64,000 bases of DNA from the IMG/VR virus record IMGVR_UViG_2974704384_000001, positions 1 to 64,000 of that record; one strand, 5' to 3'. Below are positions 44,839-54,085 of this stretch, piece after piece. This stretch comes from a virus (taxonomy: Duplodnaviria; Caudoviricetes). The position numbers and the translations under genes are program-made. The notes beneath the pieces are model-generated. The model had not been told where the DNA came from and did no database searches. It worked only from the letters and a program-made list of their open reading frames with translations. Position 1 is the first letter of the stretch. Every line of letters starts with the position of its first letter.

Positions 44839-45594
44839 TTGACCGCAACCAAAGCTGAACTGGAAACCGCTCTCGCGGAGGCAGACGCCAAGATCGAGTC
44901 CCTTGAGGAGGAGCTTAAGAACGCTCCCACGTGGGACAAGTCGGAGAACCCCACGGTCTTTGAGGCGTGGAACCGGGTTATGCGCGATGTGCAGGCGATC
45001 CGTAAGGATTCGTACAACCAGGGCCAGAAGTTCAACTTCCGTGGCATTGACGCGGTAATGAACGCGGTCGGCCCGGCTCTGCGCGCGCATGGCGTCACGG
45101 TCGTGCCGGTGGCGAGTACACATGAAGCGGAGCGCTACCAGACCGCTAAGGGCGGGCAGATGTGCAACCGCACGGTCGAAATGTATTTCGACGTGTACGG
45201 GCCTGCTGGCGACAAGTTCCGAGGCAAGGCGTTCGGCGAAGCTGCGGACTCCGGCGATAAGTCGATGACTAAGGCGGAATCGGTCGCGCTGAGGACGTTC
45301 CTGCTGCAATCGCTGATGATTCCGACTGACGATCCGGACCCTGACGCTGAGTCGCATGAGCGGGCCACTCCGGCTACTGCTGCGCGGATGCAGCCGCCCG
45401 CGCCGGTCGGTAATGCGGAGTCGGCTGAGGCGCGCGCCAAGCTGCGCGAGCTGGCTACCGCTAAGAACTGGGACTTGAACGGCATTGCCAACAAGTTCGC
45501 GGAGCACAACAAGGGCCGGGAGCTTAAGGACGCCACCGCCGAGGAGGTCACGGCGTTTACGAACCTTCTAGAGACAGGGGCGGTAACCGTCTAA
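44839..45594 (+). CDS. ERF-family single-strand annealing protein
   Basis: VQAIRK..NQGQKFNFRGIDAV, GEAADSGDKSMTKA.S.A.RTFL. Confidence 0.85.
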   Translation: MTATKAELETALAEADAKIESLEEELKNAPTWDKSENPTVFEAWNRVMRDVQAIRKDSYNQGQKFNFRGIDAVMNAVGPALRAHGVTVVPVASTHEAERYQTAKGGQMCNRTVEMYFDVYGPAGDKFRGKAFGEAADSGDKSMTKAESVALRTFLLQSLMIPTDDPDPDAESHERATPATAARMQPPAPVGNAESAEARAKLRELATAKNWDLNGIANKFAEHNKGRELKDATAEEVTAFTNLLETGAVTV

Positions 45595-45794
45595 TGTTTA
45601 ACAGCACGATTGCGGGTATCCCTGTGGAGCTGGTCGACGCTCCACAGGGCATCACCATTCCGTGTGAGCTTTGCTTCGTTAAAGAGGCTGAGTTCGCAGT
45701 AGGTTCTTACGATCACAAGCTGGTTTGCGAAGGCTGCCTCGATTATGGGGATTCGCGCCGGTTCTGGAATCTGGAACCGAGGCAAGCTCTGTGA
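45594..45794 (+). CDS. hypothetical protein (CxxC..CxxC)
   Basis: 66 aa. Confidence 0.55.
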   Translation: MFNSTIAGIPVELVDAPQGITIPCELCFVKEAEFAVGSYDHKLVCEGCLDYGDSRRFWNLEPRQAL

Positions 45795-46075
45795 CGGCAG
45801 TTAAGGAACCTGAGCTTTGGAATCCGCGCCACCTAATCGAGACATTTGAGGATGGTGAGGGCCACGGCTGGCATGAGGAACTGCAATGGCTCTGGTTTGA
45901 CGACCGTGAGCGCACTATGCAGTTGCTTGACGAGGTTGGCGAGGTCGGGCGTATTCGAGAGCCGGTCGAAATCGGCCATGATCGCCGGGTGTGGAACGGG
46001 CATCACCGCATCGCGGTAGCCCTAGCGCTTAGCTTGCCGGTCCCGGTGGTCTTTCATGAACAGGGGGACTGTTGA
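45791..46075 (+). CDS. ParB/sulfiredoxin-like N-terminal domain protein
   Basis: IREPVEI..VWNGHHRIAVA; GTG 45791. Confidence 0.65.
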   Translation: MTAVKEPELWNPRHLIETFEDGEGHGWHEELQWLWFDDRERTMQLLDEVGEVGRIREPVEIGHDRRVWNGHHRIAVALALSLPVPVVFHEQGDC

Positions 46076-46431
46076 GTGAGTACAACCCGGTATCTGTAGA
46101 GCGGGAAATCTTAGAGACCGTTAACGCAATCTCGGAAGGGATCATTGCGGCGCGGGACGCTCTCAAGATGAAGCTGGACACGGAGCGCGCTTACAAGCGT
46201 GCTTACGCTCAGGCGTTTATGGCGCATAAGGGTCCGCAGACTGAGAAAAAGGTCGCGGCGAACATCGTCCCAGAGGTTATGTCCGCTGAGGATGAGCGGG
46301 ACGCGTGGGCGGTCGCTTACGAGTACGCGAAAGACACCAACCGGGCGCTTAGCTCAAAGCTGGACGCTATTCGGTCGGTGGGCGCTTCTGTGCGTCAGGC
46401 GTACGCGAACGCGGGCAGGGGCGAGTGGTGA
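46072..46431 (+). CDS. hypothetical protein (helical)
   Basis: 119 aa, conserved-looking LDAIRSVGASVRQAY. Confidence 0.7.
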   Translation: MSEYNPVSVEREILETVNAISEGIIAARDALKMKLDTERAYKRAYAQAFMAHKGPQTEKKVAANIVPEVMSAEDERDAWAVAYEYAKDTNRALSSKLDAIRSVGASVRQAYANAGRGEW

Positions 46432-46477
46432 GGTTCGTTCACTGGTTCTGGCTCCATATGTGCCCGCCCGCTCCGGT

Positions 46478-46879
46478 GTGAGCGAGAAGAAATGCCGTCA
46501 AATCCTCAAGCTCCGCTCTGAGGGCTTCTGTGAGCGGTGTACCCGGTGGGGCAACCTCACCCTTCACCACCGACAGAAACGCTCTCAGGGCGGCTTGTGG
46601 ACGGCTGAAAACTGCGTCCTGGTGTGCGGCCACGGTACGACCGGCTGCCACGGATGGATTGAGCACCACCCGGCCCAAGCGGAAACGCAGGGCTGGCATG
46701 TGCGCCCTTGGCAAAACCCGGCTGACATTCCCCTGCTTTGGCGGGGATCGACGTGGGTTCTTTTAACCAACGATGGAGGGATTCAGCATGTCGAGAAACC
46801 TCAAGGTGCTCCTGGCAGCATTCGGGACGGCTTTAGCTATGACTGCGTGCCAGCCGAGCGCGGAGAACGGCGTCAGTAG
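46478..46879 (+). CDS. HNH endonuclease
   Basis: CERC..HHRQKRSQGG..ENCVLVCG..CHGWIEHHP; GTG 46478. Confidence 0.8.
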   Translation: MSEKKCRQILKLRSEGFCERCTRWGNLTLHHRQKRSQGGLWTAENCVLVCGHGTTGCHGWIEHHPAQAETQGWHVRPWQNPADIPLLWRGSTWVLLTNDGGIQHVEKPQGAPGSIRDGFSYDCVPAERGERRQ

Positions 46880-47021
46880 CACCGACCCCGGCGCGACTGA
46901 CCCCGGCGGGTCCGGCTTCGTGATCACCCCTAAGGGCGGGGTGGGTATCGACCTGGGCGGCGGTATGCACCTAAACCCGGCGACCGGCGGCATCGGCTTC
47001 GGAGGCATCCCGTTCGGATGA
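46788..47021 (+). CDS. small lipoprotein
   Basis: lipobox MTAC, Gly-rich tail. Confidence 0.6.
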   Translation: MSRNLKVLLAAFGTALAMTACQPSAENGVSSTDPGATDPGGSGFVITPKGGVGIDLGGGMHLNPATGGIGFGGIPFG

Positions 47022-47698
47022 GCGACTTCGGGAAAATCCACCGGAAGTTCTGGGACCACCCAAAGGCTAAGCAGGCCGGTAACGCTGCGCTTGGCCTTTG
47101 GGCTAAGGCCAACGCATGGACTCGGGATAACCGATCCGGAGGGTTCGTACCGCGCGAGGTCGTCCTAGAGCTGGGAACACGCGACGAGGCTAATGCACTG
47201 GTTAAGGCCAGGCTTTGGCGCAGGGTCGATAAGGACGGCGAGTTCATCGGCGTTCAGTTCAACGACTACGAGCATTGGAACGATGACGTTGAGCCGAACA
47301 CCGAGGCGGGCAAGCTGGTCCGTAAGACCATTCCGGAGTCGCACCCGTTCGCCATTCGGCAACAGCTAGTCAAAAAGACAGCTGAAATGCTGCGCGAGGG
47401 TATCGACCCGGAAATTTTGGAACGCGCACTTAACCTCTGGCTCGCTAAGGACTTTGGGCCGGGCATTCTGCCCAACCTGGTCAGCGAGGCACAGAAAGAG
47501 GCACAGCGCGCGGCCACGTTAAGGAACACGATCACTGAGTGCCTTAAGACGGGGCAGGTTTCACCGCTTAAGGCTTACGGATACATCTTCTCGCCTCCCG
47601 TTCCGCCGGATGGTCTTGACGTGAACTCGCGTCGGGCCTGGATGGATCGCGCTAAACGGGACTGGCTGAATGAACTCCGTGGAAGGGTTGCAGCTTGA
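47018..47698 (+). CDS. replication initiator / helicase loader-like protein
   Basis: KFWDHPKA..ALGLW..GFVP, directly upstream of dnaB. Confidence 0.6.
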   Translation: MSDFGKIHRKFWDHPKAKQAGNAALGLWAKANAWTRDNRSGGFVPREVVLELGTRDEANALVKARLWRRVDKDGEFIGVQFNDYEHWNDDVEPNTEAGKLVRKTIPESHPFAIRQQLVKKTAEMLREGIDPEILERALNLWLAKDFGPGILPNLVSEAQKEAQRAATLRNTITECLKTGQVSPLKAYGYIFSPPVPPDGLDVNSRRAWMDRAKRDWLNELRGRVAA

Positions 47699-48960
47699 CC
47701 GAGGTACAGCCACCTAATGATCAGACTGCCGAGCAGTGCGTTATTGGGTCGCTGCTTATGTCGTCAAAGGCGCTTAACACGCTTTCGACGTTAGTAACCG
47801 CTGAGGACTTTTACCGTCCGATTCATGCGGACATTTTCGCGGCGGCGATAGGTCTGCTCGCTGCTGGCGAGGCGGTCGATGCCATGACCGTCGCTAAGGA
47901 ACTCGAAACGCGCGGCCAGCTCCGCAAGATCGGCGGGGCACCGTACCTGCTGACCTGCATCGAGAACACGCCTACGGCCACTAATGCTGAGACGTACGCG
48001 CGGATGATGCTGGACAAGGCGAAGCTGCGCCGAATGGCCGAGCTGGGCAACCGGCTTAAGCAACTGGCCTACTCCGAGGCGTCGACCAGCGACGACGTTG
48101 CCAGCCTGCTAGGGGAGGGTGAGAAGTTCTTCCGGCAGGAGCACGAACCGGACGACCGGGCGCTTGGCTTCGGAAAAATGATCGAGTCCTGGGAGCACTG
48201 GCAGTCGACCAGTGAGGGCTATATCAAGACGCCTTGGGAGCCGCTAAACGAGCGCCTGAATGGCGGCTTGCAGCGCGGCAGGCTTTACACGATTGCCGCC
48301 AGGCCGGGCGGCGGTAAAAGTGTCGCAGCGTTGCAGATGGCGAGCAATGCGGCGTTCTGGGGTTTCCCATCGGCGTACTTCACGCTTGAAATGTCGAGCG
48401 ATGAGGTCACGTCACGTTTGGTCTCTGCCGGGTCCAGTGTCGACTTCTCCAAGATCATGAAGAAGAAGCTGGACTTAGAGGACCGCGCCAAGATCGACAA
48501 CTTTATTAAGTTGAACGACACCATTCCGCTACAGGTTGTGGACCGGGCGACGATCACCACGGAGCAGATCGTGGCTCACTGCCGGTCGGTCGGGAATCTG
48601 GGTGTGGTCGTCGTGGACTATCTGCAATTGGTTAAGCCGTCCGATAGCAAGGTGTCGCGCGAGCAGCAGGTGTCGCACATGTCGCGGTCGCTAAAGATCG
48701 CGGCGCGTGAGCTTAACGTGGCGATGGTCCAGTGTGCGCAATTGAATCGCGGTCCCGTTAAGGACGGTAAGCCGCGTGCGCCGACAATTGCGGACCTACG
48801 CGAGTCGGGGGCGATTGAGCAGGATAGCGACGTGGTTCTTTTGTTGCATACCGACGAGGACGACCCCGGCATTCTGCAAATGATTATCGGTAAGAACCGT
48901 AACGGTCGAATGGGCGATCTTGCCCTGAATTTCGAGGGCCACTACCAGAGGATCACGTGA
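47695..48960 (+). CDS. dnaB: DnaB-like replicative helicase
   Basis: AEQCVIGSLL, AARPGGGKS, VVVDYLQL, QLNR, LRESGAIEQDSD, KNRNG. Confidence 0.95.
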   Translation: MTEVQPPNDQTAEQCVIGSLLMSSKALNTLSTLVTAEDFYRPIHADIFAAAIGLLAAGEAVDAMTVAKELETRGQLRKIGGAPYLLTCIENTPTATNAETYARMMLDKAKLRRMAELGNRLKQLAYSEASTSDDVASLLGEGEKFFRQEHEPDDRALGFGKMIESWEHWQSTSEGYIKTPWEPLNERLNGGLQRGRLYTIAARPGGGKSVAALQMASNAAFWGFPSAYFTLEMSSDEVTSRLVSAGSSVDFSKIMKKKLDLEDRAKIDNFIKLNDTIPLQVVDRATITTEQIVAHCRSVGNLGVVVVDYLQLVKPSDSKVSREQQVSHMSRSLKIAARELNVAMVQCAQLNRGPVKDGKPRAPTIADLRESGAIEQDSDVVLLLHTDEDDPGILQMIIGKNRNGRMGDLALNFEGHYQRIT

Positions 48961-49211
48961 GCGTAGACATTAAGGCGCTAATGGAAGGTAAGCCGCTCCG
49001 TTGGCAAGACGAGGCGGCTTGCGATAACGATGGCCGGTTTACCGGTCGGGTTGAAACGCTTAGCTGGCGCGATCATGTGGAAATGCGGCTCTTATGCGAG
49101 CGCTGCCCAGTGTTTGACGAGTGCGCTAAGTGGGCTGAGCGGGAACAGGTAATTGAGGTATTCGCGGCGGGGCAATGGAGGTACCCGAGTGAGCACGTTT
49201 ACGCCAGTTAG
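48957..49211 (+). CDS. divergent WhiB-like protein
   Basis: WQDEAAC, LCERCPVFDEC, EVFAAG in place of GVWGG. Confidence 0.6.
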   Translation: MSVDIKALMEGKPLRWQDEAACDNDGRFTGRVETLSWRDHVEMRLLCERCPVFDECAKWAEREQVIEVFAAGQWRYPSEHVYAS

Positions 49212-49320
49212 AGACCGCTGTTCAGGTTGCGGCCAGTCGACCTATGGATTCCGTCACGGAGCTTGTGAGCGCTGCGAGGGCGGTTACGACGACGAAGAGG
49301 ACTACCCGCGTGACAGTTAA
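49189..49320 (+). CDS. small Zn-ribbon protein
   Basis: CSGC..CERC; GGAGG RBS; not in ORF track. Confidence 0.5.
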   Translation: MSTFTPVRDRCSGCGQSTYGFRHGACERCEGGYDDEEDYPRDS

Positions 49321-49498
49321 GCATAAGCAGTCCGTCGAGTTGAGCCACCCGATCCATTTCGGGGACGTAGAGCAGTTTGTGCAGATGGGGAAAGACCTAG
49401 GCATTAAGCCTGGGGATGAGGTTGAAGTTCGCATCTTCGCAGTTCATGGCGGGAGTTACAGGGCGAACCTATCGGTAGGGGCAGTCAATGGAGCCTGA
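49310..49498 (+). CDS. hypothetical protein
   Basis: GTG 49310, GAGGA RBS. Confidence 0.5.
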   Translation: MTVKHKQSVELSHPIHFGDVEQFVQMGKDLGIKPGDEVEVRIFAVHGGSYRANLSVGAVNGA

Positions 49499-49634
49499 CG
49501 ACGATTACGAAAACCCAATCGGCGAAGTTCTAGACGAGGACACGGTTAGCGACCTTAGGTCCAGCCACTTCGTCTACTCGATTGCCGGTCTGCTGGGAAT
49601 TAAGACAGGAGCGCCCTGGTGGCCGTTCATCTAA
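49488..49634 (+). CDS. small hypothetical protein
   Basis: MEPDDDYENPIG...WWPFI fills gap; not in ORF track. Confidence 0.45.
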   Translation: MEPDDDYENPIGEVLDEDTVSDLRSSHFVYSIAGLLGIKTGAPWWPFI

Positions 49635-50482
49635 AGGTTTATGCCGAGAAGCTAGGCACGATTAACGCGGCTGCGGAGCCGTTCAAGTTCCCCGGCGGGG
49701 AGCTGCACCTTAAGAACATCCTGGGGCCACTGGACTTGGATGGCGTGACGTGGATCGCGGACGTACGGGGAGCCGGTACGGACGATCTGGTGACAGCGCT
49801 GCTGCTGGCCGACCACGCTGCGCAACAGGGTCAGGCGTTCGTGTTGTTCCTGCCGTACCTTCCGGCTGCTCGCGCGGACCGGGGGACGCCGTTCGGGCTG
49901 CGGGTGTACGCGGACTTGATCAACAACTCAGCCTATGCGGAGCACGTCATTGTCATTGATCCGCATTCGCCGGTCGCTAACCGGCTGGTTCGGAACATCT
50001 GCCCGCTTGAGCCTCTGCCGCTGCTGGATAGGGCGCTAGAGAGCCAGGGTCATTGGCGGTACGACGGCATCATTGCGCCGGATAAGGGCGCGCGGGATCG
50101 TGCTGAGGCGGTCGCTAAGGAATACGGGCTGGACCTGTATGTGGCCGAGAAGGACCGGGACTTTGTTACCGGCCAGATTCTCGAAATTAAGGTGCCTAAC
50201 CTGCCTAGAAGCGGTAAGTACCTGGTTGTCGATGATATCTGCGACGGTGGCCGGACGTTCCTGATGCTGGCTCACGACACATTCCTACCCAAAGAGAATA
50301 TCGACCTTTGGGTTACGCACGGCATTTTCTCCGGAGCTGCTACCAACCTCCGGAATTACTACGGGCGCATTATGACGACCGACTCTCACCCTGGGCATAA
50401 CCGGGTGGGCGTGGCTACGTCGATTGTGCCGACCTACACATACATGCACCAGGCGATGGTTGAGCTTAAGGGGATAGGGTGA
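49619..50482 (+). CDS. prs: ribose-phosphate pyrophosphokinase-like protein (probable Adps)
   Basis: FKFPGGE, PYLPAARADR, DPHS, APDKGA, VVDDICDGGRT. Confidence 0.88.
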   Translation: MAVHLKVYAEKLGTINAAAEPFKFPGGELHLKNILGPLDLDGVTWIADVRGAGTDDLVTALLLADHAAQQGQAFVLFLPYLPAARADRGTPFGLRVYADLINNSAYAEHVIVIDPHSPVANRLVRNICPLEPLPLLDRALESQGHWRYDGIIAPDKGARDRAEAVAKEYGLDLYVAEKDRDFVTGQILEIKVPNLPRSGKYLVVDDICDGGRTFLMLAHDTFLPKENIDLWVTHGIFSGAATNLRNYYGRIMTTDSHPGHNRVGVATSIVPTYTYMHQAMVELKGIG

Positions 50483-51963
50483 GCACGAAGTTTGCGCCGG
50501 TTGCGGCGCTATTCGAGACGGACGCATACAAGCTGGGCCACGTCGACCAGTACGCGCTTAGCGGGAACGTGACGCGGGTGTATTCCAACTACACCAACCG
50601 TAAGTCGCGCCTGTCGGGCGTCGATAAGGTCGTACATTTCGGCTTGCAGGCTTACATCGCTAAGCACCTGATGGAAGCGTTTGAACCGTTCTTTGCCACC
50701 CATGAGAACACGGTGGCCGCGCTTTACGAGGAGCGCGTTGCCCAGATTCTCGGGCCGGATGCGGCTTATTCGATTGGGTCGGACCACATTCGCCAGTTGC
50801 ATCGGCTGGGGTTCCTGCCGCTGCGGTTCTGCGCGGTGCCTGAGGGGACGCTAGTGCCTATCGGGGTGCCATCGTTCACGGTGGAGAACACTCACGAGTC
50901 GTTCTACTGGCTGACCAACTACATCGAGACCGGCCTGAGCGCCGGGGTGTGGCAGGCCAGCACCAGCGCGACCATCGCTAAGCAGTACCGGCGGGTGCTT
51001 GAGGCTGCGGCCTTGCGGACCGGCTCGGACCTGGCGGGCGTCGACTGGCAGTGTCATGACTTCTCTTACCGGGGCATGTCCTCGCATGAGAGCGCGGCGG
51101 CGTCGGGCGCGGCGCACCTGCTGAGCTTCACTGGTACGGACTCGCTGGTCTCACTCGATTGGATCGACCGCTACTACGGCGGCGATTACGTCGCGGGGTC
51201 GGTCCCGGCTACCGAGCACTCGGTGATGTGTACCGGCATTGAGACGGTCGGGGAGCTTGAGACGTTTAGGCGGCTGCTGGACCTGTACCCGACCGGCATC
51301 GTTAGCGTCGTTAGCGACACGTTCGACCTGTGGAAGGTGCTAACCACGTACCTGCCGACGCTGTATAAGCAGATCGTGGGCCGGGACGGGAAGCTGGTCA
51401 TTCGGCCTGACTCCGGTGATCCGGAGACCATCATTTGCGGCGACGAAACGAAGCCTATGGGTTCTCCGGCGGGCATGGGTGTCCTGGGCCTGCTGTATGA
51501 GCATTTCGGCGGTAAGAAGAATCCTGCCGGGTTCATTGAGCTTGATCCGCACGTGGGTGTGATCTATGGCGACTCAATCACGATTGAGCGCGCCGAGCGC
51601 ATTACCCGGCGTATGGAGCGGCTGGGTTACGCGTCGTCCAACGTGGTGTTTGGCGTGGGCAGCTATACGTACCAGTACAACACCCGCGACACGTTCGGGT
51701 CCGCGATGAAAGCGACGTGGGCTGAGGTCGACGGCAAGGGCTACAACCTGCTTAAGAATCCGGTGACGGACGACGGCACGAAGAAGTCTGCGACGGGCCG
51801 GTTGGCGGTGTTGGAGAACATCTGGTGCGATCTGGCGCTCAAGCAGAACGCGTCGATTGAGGATGAGAAGGCGAGCTTGCTCCGTCCCGTTTGGGAGAAC
51901 GGAAAGTTTCTAGGCCGGCAATCGTTTGCGCAGGTCAGGGACGTTTTAGCGCGTCAGTCGTAG
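50479..51963 (+). CDS. nadV: nicotinamide phosphoribosyltransferase-like protein (probable Namat)
   Basis: TDAYKLGH, HDFSYRG, PATEHSVM, VSDTFD, RPDSGDP, FGVGSYTYQ. Confidence 0.92.
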   Translation: MSTKFAPVAALFETDAYKLGHVDQYALSGNVTRVYSNYTNRKSRLSGVDKVVHFGLQAYIAKHLMEAFEPFFATHENTVAALYEERVAQILGPDAAYSIGSDHIRQLHRLGFLPLRFCAVPEGTLVPIGVPSFTVENTHESFYWLTNYIETGLSAGVWQASTSATIAKQYRRVLEAAALRTGSDLAGVDWQCHDFSYRGMSSHESAAASGAAHLLSFTGTDSLVSLDWIDRYYGGDYVAGSVPATEHSVMCTGIETVGELETFRRLLDLYPTGIVSVVSDTFDLWKVLTTYLPTLYKQIVGRDGKLVIRPDSGDPETIICGDETKPMGSPAGMGVLGLLYEHFGGKKNPAGFIELDPHVGVIYGDSITIERAERITRRMERLGYASSNVVFGVGSYTYQYNTRDTFGSAMKATWAEVDGKGYNLLKNPVTDDGTKKSATGRLAVLENIWCDLALKQNASIEDEKASLLRPVWENGKFLGRQSFAQVRDVLARQS

Positions 51964-51969
51964 CGGGGA

Positions 51970-51989
51970 GTGTCCGACTTTTCGGACAC
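51970..51989. promoter_or_regulatory. distal copy of operator TGTCCGA-N4-TCGGACA
   Basis: perfect GTGTCCGA-CTTT-TCGGACAC upstream of pnk. Confidence 0.7.
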
Positions 51990-52049
51990 TTTCGCACGTT
52001 TCCGGAGTACATGTGTTGTACTTGAAAGCGAGCAAGAGAGGGGGTCGGA

Positions 52050-52976
52050 ATGACGACCTTATGGGCCATGCGGGGTTATCCCGGCTCAGGTAAATCCACC
52101 AGGGCGCGTGAAATCGCTAACGAGACCGGCGCGGTTGTCGTGTGTCGTGACGATCTGCGCATGATGCTTCACGGTACCTATTTCTCGGGCAAGAAAGAGC
52201 TTGAGGATGAGGTCACGGTAGCGGAGCGGGCGCAGGTTAGCGCGTTCCTTAAGGCCGGTATCTCGGTCGTGGTGGACGCTACGCATTTGGAGCCGTCTTA
52301 TCTGCGTAAGTGGGCGAAGATGGCGAGCATGTACGGCGCGGAGTTCAAGCGCGTCGATATCGAGACGCCCGCTAGCTACTGCATCGTCAATGACTTTAAG
52401 CGCGGTGAGGCCGGAGACCGGACTGTCGGCGCGGAAGTGATTAACCGGATGGCTAAGCGTCACCCGATTAAGAACTGGCCGAATATTCAGGCTCCCCCGA
52501 CGTTCGATCCTAAGCCGGTCGAATGGTTGGAGGGTCTGCCGGAGGCCATCATCGTGGATATCGACGGCACCTTGGCGCACATGACGGGCCGGTCACCTTA
52601 CGACTACACGCAGGTCCATACCGACGTGGTTGACGAGCAGATTCGTTGGCTGGTCGGCCTGGTGGACTACTACGGCGGTCCTAACGGTGTCCACGTGCTG
52701 ATCGTGTCTGGTCGGGACGATTCCTGCCGGGAAGCGACTCAGGAATGGTTGTGGAAGAACGCCATTCCTTACGACGAGCTGCACATGCGGCCTACCGGCG
52801 CTAAGGATGAGCACGGTAACAAGCTGCCGGATTACCTGGTCAAGTACGACCTGTTCGACCAGAACATTCGCGGTAAGTACAACGTGCGGTTTGTGTTGGA
52901 CGACCGGGACCAGGTTGTGAATCTGTGGCGGTCGTTGGGCCTTAAGTGCCTGCAAGTTCAGCCGGGGGACTTCTGA
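52050..52976 (+). CDS. pnk: polynucleotide 5'-kinase / 3'-phosphatase (T4 PseT-like)
   Basis: GYPGSGKST P-loop, CRDDLR, HAD DIDGTLA, DDRDQVV. Confidence 0.92.
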   Translation: MTTLWAMRGYPGSGKSTRAREIANETGAVVVCRDDLRMMLHGTYFSGKKELEDEVTVAERAQVSAFLKAGISVVVDATHLEPSYLRKWAKMASMYGAEFKRVDIETPASYCIVNDFKRGEAGDRTVGAEVINRMAKRHPIKNWPNIQAPPTFDPKPVEWLEGLPEAIIVDIDGTLAHMTGRSPYDYTQVHTDVVDEQIRWLVGLVDYYGGPNGVHVLIVSGRDDSCREATQEWLWKNAIPYDELHMRPTGAKDEHGNKLPDYLVKYDLFDQNIRGKYNVRFVLDDRDQVVNLWRSLGLKCLQVQPGDF

Positions 52977-53107
52977 TGCTCGGGCTGGTGATCTTTGGGT
53001 TCGTCGCTGTGGTGGTTGTGATCGTTTTCGCTAGGGCGATTAAGGCGATGGATACCTACGTGGACGACCTTTACTCAGAGGAGGAATCTGATGGCGAGCG
53101 CGGGTAG
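52976..53107 (+). CDS. small membrane protein
   Basis: MLGLVIFGFVAVVVVIVF..., single TM; not in ORF track. Confidence 0.55.
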   Translation: MLGLVIFGFVAVVVVIVFARAIKAMDTYVDDLYSEEESDGERG

Positions 53108-53333
53108 CTACATAGACGTGCGATTCCACTTCTCCGCTGAGGAGGAGGACGGCTATACGCACTACGACCTGGTTTCCGCTGAGCGTATCGGGACGGACAT
53201 TCCCGACGACGCAATGCTAGGCATCGGGGAGACACTGGGCCAGTCCGATCACTGGAACGTCGGCGGCGTGGGGGCGACTCTGGACGCCATGACGGACGGC
53301 GGTGGCCCTAAGGCTCTAAGGAGCTACTGGTGA
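53091..53333 (+). CDS. hypothetical protein
   Basis: 80 aa, GGAGG RBS. Confidence 0.6.
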   Translation: MASAGSYIDVRFHFSAEEEDGYTHYDLVSAERIGTDIPDDAMLGIGETLGQSDHWNVGGVGATLDAMTDGGGPKALRSYW

Positions 53334-53515
53334 GTGTCAGCATTACCGGCGACGGCATGGCTATCGCCATTACCGGCAAGGTGGGCCTTACCTACGACCG
53401 CAAGACCAAGGTGCTTGAGGTTACCGGCCTTGCCGAGCACGACAGGGTAGTTCATCGGACCAAGACCGGCGGTGACTTGCCGTACGAGCAATCGGTCCGT
53501 ATCGAACTCAAGTAA
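53330..53515 (+). CDS. hypothetical protein
   Basis: 61 aa, coupled to upstream ORF. Confidence 0.6.
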   Translation: MSVSITGDGMAIAITGKVGLTYDRKTKVLEVTGLAEHDRVVHRTKTGGDLPYEQSVRIELK

Positions 53516-53519
53516 AGAC

Positions 53520-53640
53520 TTGGATGGGTGCGTTAAAGGGCGGTTAACCCGATCCCAAGGTGGGATGGTTCCCATGTCGCCCCAAGCCTGGCCCAAGACC
53601 CGAATCGAAGCGGCGAGGTCTGTGCTGCGCACCCATCTAA
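53520..53640 (+). ncRNA. candidate structured intergenic RNA
   Basis: 13-bp closing stem TTGGATGGGTGCG/CGCACCCATCTAA with nested hairpins; strand not certain. Confidence 0.4.
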
Positions 53641-53671
53641 CTAACTTCCCCCTCCCCTTAACGGGGGACAG

Positions 53672-54085
53672 TTGGAGCACCTGCTAGTAGCGCCTTTCAA
53701 ACGGCCACCAATGACCGCTAACGATCAGCGGCGCGCACATTGGGCGGTAGTCCGAAAGGCTAAGCAAGAGGTAGGGGACACGGTTTTCTGGTTGGCCCGG
53801 CGGGCGGGCATTAAGGACTTAGGTCCGTCCGTCGTGTCATTCCTCTGGTACACGCCAACTCGGCGCGCTACCGATTCCGATTCCCTCGGCCCTTTCGTTA
53901 AAGGGGCATTAGACGGATTAGTGCGGGCTGGCGTTTGGCCTGACGACAACTCTAAGTACGTCAAACAAACGCGCATGGCAGTAACGGATACGGATACGAA
54001 AAATCCACGGATTGAGATAAGGATTTGGGAAGTTGGCGACACCGGAATCGAACTGGCGGGAGCTGGCGGCGTGCCAGTTCATTGA
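53672..54085 (+). CDS. rusA: RusA-like Holliday junction resolvase
   Basis: PPMTAN, RATDSDSL.PFVKGALDGLV..GVWPDDN. Confidence 0.8.
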   Translation: MEHLLVAPFKRPPMTANDQRRAHWAVVRKAKQEVGDTVFWLARRAGIKDLGPSVVSFLWYTPTRRATDSDSLGPFVKGALDGLVRAGVWPDDNSKYVKQTRMAVTDTDTKNPRIEIRIWEVGDTGIELAGAGGVPVH

